Below, piece by piece: positions 7,513 to 15,182 of a stretch of DNA of 16,471 nt. Both the position numbers and the translations under genes were made by a program. The stretch comes from Candidatus Bathyarchaeia archaeon. Lineage in GTDB: Archaea; Thermoproteota; Bathyarchaeia; Bathyarchaeales; Bathycorpusculaceae. Under the pieces are notes generated by a model. That model had not been told where the DNA came from and ran no database searches. It saw only the letters and a list, made by a program, of their open reading frames with translations. Location of the stretch: NCBI GenBank assembly GCA_049512935.1, contig JBEKWR010000032.1, positions 1 to 16,471 on the forward strand, given 5' to 3'. Every line of letters begins with the position of its first letter. Position 1 is the stretch's first letter.

Positions 7513-8754
7513 CTATTTTCGGATTTGTCCGTTTCCCAGTATAACGTATTTTGTCGTGGTTAGATGCTGCACGCTCATGGGTCCTCGTGCATGGAGCTTC
7601 TGGGTGCTGATGCCGATTTCCGCGCCTAACCCGAATTGGTTGCCATCCGTGAACCGTGTCGAAGCGTTCCAGTAGACGGCGGCTGAGTCGACTTCGCGTA
7701 TGAACCGCATTGCTTTGTCAAAGTCCGCGGTGAGTATGCTGTCTGAGTGGTGAGTGCCGTACTTGTTGATGTGGGCTATGGCTTCGTTTAGGTCCTTGAC
7801 GACTTTTACGCCCATAATGAGGTCTGAGTATTCAGTGTACCAGTCCTGTTCAGTTGCAGCCTTCACGTCAGGAACGATCCTGCGGGTTTCCTCGTCACCT
7901 CTAACCTCGACGCCTTTCTCCCTAAGCGCAGCAACAACCATGGGCAGGTACCGCTCGGCGACTCTACTGTGAACCAGAAGTTTTTCCGCTGCGTTGCAAG
8001 TTCCAGGCCTTTGGCATTTGGCGTTAATGACTATGGGCGTCGCTTTTTCCAAGTCAGCGTCTTCTTCAACGTAAACGTGACAGTTACCTGTTCCCGTCTC
8101 AATAACTGGAATACGCGAAGTTTCAACCACGGTTTTGATTAGATCTGCGCCGCCGCGGGGAATAAGCACGTCAACATACTCGCGCATCCGCATAAGCTCT
8201 TCAGCAAACTTGCGGTCAGCCGACTCAACCACCTGCACAGCATCAACAGGCACCTGGGTTCCCAGCAGCGCGTCTCTGAGAACCTCGCCTATTGTAACGT
8301 TTGAGTTTAAAGCGTCAGAGCCGCCCCTGAGGATAACGGCGTTGCCTGATTTGATGCAGATTCCAGCCGAATCCGAAGTTACGTCAGGTCGCGACTCGTA
8401 AATAATCCCGATAACGCCGAGGGGCACACGCACCTGGCTGATTATCAACCCGTTGGGTCTTGTCCACGTGTTTAAGATTGTGCCGATCGGGTCTGGCAGA
8501 GCTGAGACTTCACGGAGACCCTTAGCCATACCTTGAATTTTACGTTGGTCAAGCGCTAAGCGATCAATCATCGACGCTTTGAGCCCGCTGTGCATTGCCG
8601 CGTCAACGTCCGCCAAGTTGGCAGTTAAAATCTTCTCCGTGTTCGCTTCCAAAGCGTTTGCAATTCTGCAAAGCGCCGTGTTCTTCGCTTCAGCCGTAAG
8701 ATGAGCCATCTCAACTGAGGCAGCCTTGGCTTTTTTGCACATTTCAGTTATCAT
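7513..8754 (-). CDS. proA: Gamma-glutamyl phosphate reductase (glutamate-5-semialdehyde dehydrogenase)
   Basis: Motifs VPLGVIGIIYESRP, KSGNAVILRGGS, PRGG, GNCHVY, catalytic CNAAE, NASTRFTDG.FGLGAEIGISTQKLHARGP. Confidence 0.97.
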   Translation of the reverse strand: MITEMCKKAKAASVEMAHLTAEAKNTALCRIANALEANTEKILTANLADVDAAMHSGLKASMIDRLALDQRKIQGMAKGLREVSALPDPIGTILNTWTRPNGLIISQVRVPLGVIGIIYESRPDVTSDSAGICIKSGNAVILRGGSDALNSNVTIGEVLRDALLGTQVPVDAVQVVESADRKFAEELMRMREYVDVLIPRGGADLIKTVVETSRIPVIETGTGNCHVYVEEDADLEKATPIVINAKCQRPGTCNAAEKLLVHSRVAERYLPMVVAALREKGVEVRGDEETRRIVPDVKAATEQDWYTEYSDLIMGVKVVKDLNEAIAHINKYGTHHSDSILTADFDKAMRFIREVDSAAVYWNASTRFTDGNQFGLGAEIGISTQKLHARGPMSVQHLTTTKYVILGNGQIRK

Positions 8755-9878
8755 TTTTCTTCCCCGATTAGGTGGATATTTCTACGTTCAACCGCCTCTT
8801 TAGGTTTGTCTGCGCCAAGTTTGACCTGGACCTCCGCAGCTTGGCAGCCTTTAATCAGGTTCAATTCGCCGCTGGTAAAGTTAGGGTTGCCTTTCGCAAA
8901 CTCAACCTTGCACTCATCCCTGATGCTGACAACATCGCCGGCGCTGAAGTGCCCAACTACACGCGTTATGCCCACTGGCAAAAGGCTTGAACCTTCAAGA
9001 ATTGCTTTTTTTGCACCTGTGTTAACGTGAAGCTCCCCTTTAACCGAGGCACCGTAAGCTATCCAACGCTTCACCGCAGGCATCGACGTCTGAGGCTTAA
9101 AGAAGGTGCCGACGTCTTTCCCAGCAAGAACATCCACTAAGACGTTTTCTCTACGGCTGTTAGCTATCACGACAGGGATGCCGCATGAAGTTGCGATTTC
9201 GGCGGCTTTAATTTTGCTCTGAATGCCGCCTCTGCCGCGCTTGCTTTTCCCGTTAAGCGAGCTTTTGAGTTCAGGAGTTACGGCTTCTACGGTTTTAATC
9301 AGCTGCGCGCCGGGTTCGTGCGGGTCAGCGGTGTATAAGCCGTCAACGTCTGAGAGTATTATTGTCATGTCAGCGCCGATGGCGCCTGCCAGCAGGACTG
9401 AGAGGATGTCGTTGTCGCTGAAGTTCACCTTGTAACCTTCCGTCTGCCTCAGTTCAGCCACAGACGTCACGTCGTTCTCGTTGATTATCGGGACAACGCC
9501 CGTTTTCAAAAGCATGTTCAAAACGTTACACATGTGAAGGTAAGATGCCCTGTTGGAAAGGTCTTCCGCGGTAAGCAGAATCTGAGCGGCTTTCAACCCG
9601 TAAGCTTTGAAGAGTTCTCGGTACTTTGCCATCAGCACGCTCTGCCCCGTCGCCGCAGCCGCCTGCTGAAAAACCACGTCATTAGGTTTAGGAGGTATCC
9701 CGAGCTCCGCTATTCCCGCGGCAACCGCGCCTGAGGTTACAAGAACAACTTTGTCGCCCTGCTTGGTTACCGCTGCGATTTGGCTGGTCAGCTTCTGCAT
9801 TTCTTCCTCGTCTAGGTTTCCCTCGCTGGTCGTTATGCCGCTGGTCCCAACCTTAACAACTATCAATCTTGAAGGCAT
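8751..9878 (-). CDS. proB: Glutamate 5-kinase with C-terminal PUA domain
   Basis: Motifs VVKVGTS, VTSGAVAAG, QAAAATGQ, PIINEND, FSDNDILS, LSDVDGLY, GGIQSKIKAA, SLLPVGI..V.G.F..GD (PUA). 4-bp overlap with proA. Confidence 0.97.
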   Translation of the reverse strand: MPSRLIVVKVGTSGITTSEGNLDEEEMQKLTSQIAAVTKQGDKVVLVTSGAVAAGIAELGIPPKPNDVVFQQAAAATGQSVLMAKYRELFKAYGLKAAQILLTAEDLSNRASYLHMCNVLNMLLKTGVVPIINENDVTSVAELRQTEGYKVNFSDNDILSVLLAGAIGADMTIILSDVDGLYTADPHEPGAQLIKTVEAVTPELKSSLNGKSKRGRGGIQSKIKAAEIATSCGIPVVIANSRRENVLVDVLAGKDVGTFFKPQTSMPAVKRWIAYGASVKGELHVNTGAKKAILEGSSLLPVGITRVVGHFSAGDVVSIRDECKVEFAKGNPNFTSGELNLIKGCQAAEVQVKLGADKPKEAVERRNIHLIGEEK

Positions 9879-9885
9879 CTGTCAA

Positions 9886-10023
9886 TCACTTTTAGAGATA
9901 GAATTGAGATATGCGGGGGTTCCTTAAAAATACAACCAAAAAACAACAATAAAATTTTGTTAGTTCCTAGAAATTCTGAGTTTAAACATACCATTGCATT
10001 AATATTTTAGAAAAATATATAAG
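9886..10023. promoter_or_regulatory. Divergent promoter region proB / hppA
   Basis: AT-rich. Minus-strand TTTTTAAG (9923-9930) and GTGAT RBS-like element before proB. Plus-strand GAAAAA-TATATAAG (10010-10023) lies ~25 nt before ATG 10048. Confidence 0.55.
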
Positions 10024-10038
10024 GAAAATGGACGTGGC

Positions 10039-12276
10039 TTGTTGAACATGCTCATACCCTTACAAGCACTAATAACAGCAAACAGTTACTCAGTTTCTCC
10101 ACTTGTATTCTGGATTGCTCCCATCGCGGGCGTTATCGCCGTAATCTCTTCACTTTTGCTTATGCGTCACATAGGCAAAATGAGCGCCGGTGGTTCAAAA
10201 GCCCAAGAAGTTGGAGCCGCCATTCGAGAAGGCGCGTACGCTTTCCTAAAACGTCAATACACAACAATCGCAATTATCACGGCAGTGGTGTTTGTTCTGC
10301 TGTGGGTCGCTTTGCCAAGTGGCCCATTTGGGTTAGGTACCGCCTCAGCCTTTTTGGTTGGTGCCGTTGCTTCTTTGGCTGCTGGCTACATAGCCATGGA
10401 CAACGCCACCAAGGCCAATGTGCGTACCGTTGCGGCGGCGAAAGAAAGTGGTGCAGAAAAAGCCCTTAAAACCGCTTTTTACGGCGGTGCAACTATGGGC
10501 ATGGCGGTTGTTGGTTTATCGCTTTTAGGTGTAAGTTTTCTATTCATGCTTTATGGTGGCTACAACGCCATGTTCAACAGTGGCTCAATGACTCTTACTC
10601 AAGCCGCAACATTAGGCAGAGATGCAGCAAGCGGAATTGTAGGCATGGGTTTTGGGGCTTCATTAATTGCTTTGTTTGCCCAACTCGGAGGCGGAATTTA
10701 CACTAAAGCCGCGGACGTAGGTGCAGATCTCGTAGGCAAAGTAGAAGCGGGCATACCTGAAGATGACCCACGCAACCCCGCAGTCATCGCTGATAACGTC
10801 GGCGACAACGTGGGTGACTCAGCTGGAAGAGGCGCAGACCTGTTTGAATCTGCGACTGGAGAGAACATCGGCGGCATGGTCATCGGAGGCTTAATCAGCA
10901 TAGCCACAGGAAATTTGGTCTTCCTGTTCTTCCCACTCATCGCGCGCGCCTTAGGCATCTTTGCGACATTGATCGGCATGCCTTTCGTGAAGCTTAACGC
11001 GGCAGAAGCTAAGCATCCGATGAAAGCCCTACGAAAAGGCCTCATGGTAACCACGATAGTATCGGGCATACTGTTTCTGTTCGCTACAATTTTCCTTTTA
11101 GGCAACGGCGACTTCTCAATCACGTTCCTCTACCTGTATTTCTGCTTACTTTCTGGCTTAGCCGCAAGCGTAGCAATCGACTACATCACTGACTACTACA
11201 CTGGAAGCGACCGTGGCCCAGTCGGACGCATAGCCAAAGCAAGCCAAACAGGTGCCGCAACAAACATAATCACAGGCTTCGCCGTAGGACTCGAAACAAC
11301 CGCATTACCCATAGTTTCGCTAGTTATTGCCCTCGTAACATCCTACTACTTCGGTACACAATTCGCCGTTTCGTGGAATGCATCACATGTAGCTCAAATT
11401 ACACCGTTCATAGGCGGAATTTACGGAACCACACTTGCCACCATGGGTATGCTCGCAGTTATGGGCATGGTACTTGCACTTGACGGCTTTGGACCGATCG
11501 CTGACAACGCAGCAGGCATAGCTGAAATGTCAGGCGAAGGCGGCGCAGAAGAAACCATGGAAGCGTTAGATGCAGTAGGAAACACGACAAAAGCATTAAC
11601 CAAAGGCTTTGCCCTCGGCTCAGCTCTGCTCGCGGCACAACTGTTGTTCCAAACGTTTGCTTCAGAGGTTTCTGCAACTAAAGCTTACGCTGGTAAAGCC
11701 TTTGTCGTAGACATCTCTAATCCAGCCGTGCTAATCGCTGGTTTCATCGGTGCAATGCTGCCATTCTTCTTCTCATCTCAAGCAATCAGTGCTGTTGGCA
11801 AAGCAGCCGCTGAGATGGTGGAAGAAGTCAGACGGCAATTCAGAGAAATTCCAGGAATCATGGAAGGCACAGGCAAACCCGAATACGGCAAAGCAGTGGA
11901 CATCAGCACAAAAGCTGCGTTAAAAGGCATGGTGCTTCCGGGACTAATCCTTGTCATCGTTCCAGTAATCGTCGGTGTCCTGTTAGGACCCGAAGCTGTA
12001 GGCGCATTCGTAATCGGCGCAACGCTCTCAGCCGTGCCGCTAGCACTGTTCATGAACACAGGCGGAGGCGCATGGGACAACGCGAAGAAGTTAATTGAAA
12101 CAGGCAAGTACGGCGGCAAAGGCTCACCAGCTCACGCCGCAGCAGTAGTAGGCGACACAGTCGGAGACCCATTAAAAGACACTGCGGGACCAAGCCTTCA
12201 CGTACTCATAAAACTGCTCAGCACACTATCCATCGTCTTCATCCCGCTGTTCATAAACCTGCTACACCTCATATAG
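10039..12276 (+). CDS. hppA: Membrane-bound H+-translocating pyrophosphatase, K+-independent type
   Basis: Motifs GGGIYTKAADVGADLVGKVEAGIPEDDPRNPAVIADNVGDNVGD, GPIADNA, LDAVGNTTKA (Lys = K+-independent), GGAWDNAKK, GDTVGDPLKDTAGP. ATG 10048 is the likelier start given TATA spacing. Confidence 0.96.
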   Translation: MLNMLIPLQALITANSYSVSPLVFWIAPIAGVIAVISSLLLMRHIGKMSAGGSKAQEVGAAIREGAYAFLKRQYTTIAIITAVVFVLLWVALPSGPFGLGTASAFLVGAVASLAAGYIAMDNATKANVRTVAAAKESGAEKALKTAFYGGATMGMAVVGLSLLGVSFLFMLYGGYNAMFNSGSMTLTQAATLGRDAASGIVGMGFGASLIALFAQLGGGIYTKAADVGADLVGKVEAGIPEDDPRNPAVIADNVGDNVGDSAGRGADLFESATGENIGGMVIGGLISIATGNLVFLFFPLIARALGIFATLIGMPFVKLNAAEAKHPMKALRKGLMVTTIVSGILFLFATIFLLGNGDFSITFLYLYFCLLSGLAASVAIDYITDYYTGSDRGPVGRIAKASQTGAATNIITGFAVGLETTALPIVSLVIALVTSYYFGTQFAVSWNASHVAQITPFIGGIYGTTLATMGMLAVMGMVLALDGFGPIADNAAGIAEMSGEGGAEETMEALDAVGNTTKALTKGFALGSALLAAQLLFQTFASEVSATKAYAGKAFVVDISNPAVLIAGFIGAMLPFFFSSQAISAVGKAAAEMVEEVRRQFREIPGIMEGTGKPEYGKAVDISTKAALKGMVLPGLILVIVPVIVGVLLGPEAVGAFVIGATLSAVPLALFMNTGGGAWDNAKKLIETGKYGGKGSPAHAAAVVGDTVGDPLKDTAGPSLHVLIKLLSTLSIVFIPLFINLLHLI

Positions 12277-12289
12277 TCAAGCAGGAAAC

Positions 12290-12322
12290 TGGGAATTTCT
12301 TTTCCCAAAATCTTTTATTTTT
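12290..12322 (+). terminator. Hairpin plus oligo-T terminator after hppA
   Basis: TGGGAA-TTTCTT-TTCCCA followed by TCTTTTATTTTT. Confidence 0.6.
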
Positions 12323-12464
12323 CAAGCGTCCAGGGCTTAGGCTTTATTGACTCTTAATTGGGTCATCTAAAAAATCGTTGGGGTAAAAGAGGAGAGAAAG
12401 AGGAAGGACCCTAAAGCCCAGTAGCATATTTTTATTTCTTTGTGCACAATTAGCCTAAAGAGAA

Positions 12465-13550
12465 GTGCATATTGTGAAGATTATCGAGAAAAACCTGCGG
12501 CAAGGCTTCGTTAAAGTCGTACCTGACTCGCCAGATGACCTGTGGCATCTCTATAACGTCATCTACAAGGGCGACGAAGTCTACGCTTACAGCAGCCGAG
12601 CCATAAAAAGCGACACTGAAACAAGCCGCCCCAAAAGCGCCGAGCGCGTCTCAGCTTTCATGGGCGTCAAAGTGGAATCCGTCAGCTGGGACAAATTTCT
12701 CGGTAGGCTGCGGGTCCACGGGCTAATCTGCCACGCGCCCGACATCATCCCGACAGGCGCCCACCACACCCTGAGCATTTCGCTGGATAAGCCGGTAACA
12801 ATCGTCAAGAGCGAATGGCCTGGTCACCTTCTTGACAGACTTGAAAAAGCAAGCCAAACCGAAAAACCCATGCTCATAATCTCCATCGATGACGAAGGCT
12901 TCGCCATAGCGGAAACTAAACAGTACGGGTACGAAACCCGAGTTGAACAACGCATCCGTCTGCCTGGGAAGCAGGAGGCTGACAAACGGGTTGAAGCAAC
13001 AAAAGCGTACTTCCGTTTAGCAGTTGGCAGCCTCGACAAACTTTGGAGTCAAAATCGCAATCCAATCGTCATCATCGGCGCAGGCTACGTAAAAACTGAC
13101 TTCGTACGGTACCTAAACGAAGAAGCCCCAGAAATGGCAAAATCCGTTGCCGACGTGAAAAGCGTCAACAACGGCGGAACAGCAGGCATCGACGAAGCAT
13201 TGCGTTCAGGCGTCTTGTTGAAAGCGGCGCATCAACTTCGGCTCGTGGACGAGATGGAAACAATAGAGGAAGTCATGAAGCGGCTTGGCAAAGGCGAAGG
13301 CAACGTAACCTACGGGTTCGATTCAGTGGAGAACGCAGTTAAGTCTGGTGCGGTTGAGAAACTTGTGATTGCAGACACAGCTATCCGCGACGCAGACGAG
13401 CAGCAGCGGCTGAAGCTTGAGGAACTCATGCGTGAAGCGGAGAGGCGCCGCGCAAACGTAACCGTAATCAGCACCGAGCATGAGGCAGGCGCAAAACTCT
13501 TAGGCCTAGGCGGTATCGCAGCGTTGCTGAGGTTTCCCATATACGGCTAA
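12465..13550 (+). CDS. pelA: Pelota / Dom34 ribosome rescue (mRNA surveillance) protein
   Basis: 361 aa, GTG start. Motifs DDLWHLYNVI..GD.V, RLRVHG, GAHHTL, PGK, VTYG, STEHEAG.KL.GLGGIAALLRFPI. Confidence 0.96.
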   Translation: MHIVKIIEKNLRQGFVKVVPDSPDDLWHLYNVIYKGDEVYAYSSRAIKSDTETSRPKSAERVSAFMGVKVESVSWDKFLGRLRVHGLICHAPDIIPTGAHHTLSISLDKPVTIVKSEWPGHLLDRLEKASQTEKPMLIISIDDEGFAIAETKQYGYETRVEQRIRLPGKQEADKRVEATKAYFRLAVGSLDKLWSQNRNPIVIIGAGYVKTDFVRYLNEEAPEMAKSVADVKSVNNGGTAGIDEALRSGVLLKAAHQLRLVDEMETIEEVMKRLGKGEGNVTYGFDSVENAVKSGAVEKLVIADTAIRDADEQQRLKLEELMREAERRRANVTVISTEHEAGAKLLGLGGIAALLRFPIYG

Positions 13551-13586
13551 AAATTTGAGCCAATGTGAATTAGAGGTTGCTTGCCA

Positions 13587-13642
13587 TTTATAAAGGGCTT
13601 TATAAAGGGATGATGTTATATACTCCCTGTGTAATTTAAATA
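13587..13642 (+). promoter_or_regulatory. tbp promoter with tandem TATA boxes
   Basis: TTTATAAAGGG twice (13587-13597, 13599-13609), plus TTATATAC (13616-13623) and TTTAAATA (13635-13642). Confidence 0.6.
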
Positions 13643-13661
13643 CTCAAGCGCGTGAATTTAT

Positions 13662-14225
13662 ATGAGTAAACGAAAACCAATAATTTCGATACAAAACATC
13701 GTAGCCTCCGTATCACTTAATCAGAAAATTGACCTGCAGAAAATCGTTGAAAAATTCCCGCAGACCGAGTACAACCCGAGTGTTTTCCCAGGCTTAGTGT
13801 TCCGCCTTAAAAAACCGAAAACCGCCACGTTGATTTTCGGGACAGGCAAAATGGTTTGCACAGGCGCTAAATCCGAGAAGGAATCCCGTAGCGCCGTGGA
13901 AAAAGTCGTTAAAGAACTCCGCGGCGAAGGCATTCAGATTACTGAGAAGCCGATCGTTAACATCCAAAACATCGTTGCCTCGGCTGAGCTCGGCGGCGAA
14001 ATCGACTTGGAAAGCTTAGTGTATAAGCTTGAACGGGTAATGTACGAGCCCGAGCAGTTTCCAGGCGCAGTATTCCGCATGGCTGAACCTAAAGTCGTCT
14101 TCCTGATCTTCTCCGCTGGCAAACTCGTCTGCGTAGGCGCAAAGAAAGAAGAGCAGGTTTACGAAGCAGTCGATAAAATCCAGCAGCTACTTGAAGAAAA
14201 AGAACTCATCTACTACCCAACCTAA
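13662..14225 (+). CDS. tbp: TATA-box-binding protein
   Basis: Two internal repeats: IQNIVAS...YNPSVFPGLVFR...LIFGTGKMVCTGAK and IQNIVAS...YEPEQFPGAVFR...LIFSAGKLVCVGAK. Confidence 0.98.
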   Translation: MSKRKPIISIQNIVASVSLNQKIDLQKIVEKFPQTEYNPSVFPGLVFRLKKPKTATLIFGTGKMVCTGAKSEKESRSAVEKVVKELRGEGIQITEKPIVNIQNIVASAELGGEIDLESLVYKLERVMYEPEQFPGAVFRMAEPKVVFLIFSAGKLVCVGAKKEEQVYEAVDKIQQLLEEKELIYYPT

Positions 14226-14227
14226 AC

Positions 14228-14932
14228 CTATTTTTTCATTCTTCTGCGAACCGCAGGATTCAAATCTGAAAGTTTCTTGAGCGCCAACTCAAAAGTCTCG
14301 TCCGAAGACAGCTCCCTATGAATGAATACGCCTGTCCTGCCGACTGCGTCACGTTTTAGAAGCGTGTGAACCCGATCCAGAACCGTTTCAGCCGAGATGC
14401 CGAGGGTTTTGGCGGCGTCTTCCTCTCTGCCGATGATGCTGCTTTCAACATGCCCCTTCTCTGTGGGTTCGATAAGCATCAGCCTTTTATCGACGCCTGG
14501 GAAACGGGCGTTGGCTTTGAGTTGGCTTAGGCTTGCTTCTCCGCCGAACATGTAGAACTCCCGCTCAACCCTGCGCATCTGCATAAGGGGAAACGAAACG
14601 GTTACTTGCTCGCAGACTTCGATGTGTGCTTTCATAGCGTAATTCGGCGTCGCTTGCACAACATATCGAGCGTTAACAGGCACCTTTGCTTTTTCCAAAG
14701 CAGTCTCTACAAGAAAGCTGTTCTGCACCTCAGGAATGAAAACGTCTCCGTCGCTGCCTTTTTTAACGTCGCCGCGGGCCACGCTTCCATAGGCAACCGA
14801 AGCCAGATGAAACGCTTCCAGCGCAGACATTACTTCTTCGGTTTTTTTCCTCAGTTCTTTTAAAAGCGTCCAGCGTGCGCTGGTGTAAGTTACTTCTCTG
14901 TAATCTGAAAGTTTTGTAGGCTTAACTGTCAT
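14228..14932 (-). CDS. Predicted nucleotidyltransferase (Pol-beta superfamily, archaeal COG2413-like)
   Basis: Motifs Y...RW.LL..LR, YGSVARGDV...SDGDVFI, VQATP, E.EFY.FGG, GVDKRL.LIEP..GH, R...L..RD.VGRTGVF. Confidence 0.85.
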   Translation of the reverse strand: MTVKPTKLSDYREVTYTSARWTLLKELRKKTEEVMSALEAFHLASVAYGSVARGDVKKGSDGDVFIPEVQNSFLVETALEKAKVPVNARYVVQATPNYAMKAHIEVCEQVTVSFPLMQMRRVEREFYMFGGEASLSQLKANARFPGVDKRLMLIEPTEKGHVESSIIGREEDAAKTLGISAETVLDRVHTLLKRDAVGRTGVFIHRELSSDETFELALKKLSDLNPAVRRRMKK

Positions 14933-15138
14933 TTTTGTCAGCCGTCTAAATCAGTCAGCGTCTCAAGTATTTATTCAATTTCAAGGGATTCGGCGATAAA
15001 TACGCTATGTAAGCCTTTTTTCAGTGCTTCTTTTAAGGTTTGTTCAGTTTTGCAAAGTTCTTTAGATAAGATACTGATGCTCAAAATTGTGATCAATTGG
15101 CAATAACCTTAGCTGTTTTTCTTAATGCGAAAATCTTG

Positions 15139-15160
15139 AAAAAATAAAAAAGGAAAGGGA
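15139..15160 (-). terminator. Oligo-T terminator after the surface-protein gene
   Basis: Minus strand TCCCTTTCCTTTTTTATTTTTT, ~25-45 nt downstream of the stop at 15183. Confidence 0.6.
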
Positions 15161-15182
15161 GATTGTTTTTTGGTTGCTTTTT

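Noticed and set aside
12333-12419. Imperfect inverted repeat GGGCTTAGG ... CCTAAAGCCC between hppA and pelota (possible MITE or RNA stem)
   Set aside because: Short and bulged, with no target-site duplication and no second copy in the window.
13692-13980. Near-identical 17-bp repeat CAAAACATCGT(A/T)GCCTC within tbp
   Set aside because: Explained by the known internal two-fold repeat of TBP (IQNIVAS).
14971-15096. ~41-codon TTG-started minus-strand ORF (LITILSISILSKELCKTEQTLKEALKKG...)
   Set aside because: Short, AT-rich, no motif or RBS. It probably overlaps the NTase promoter region.
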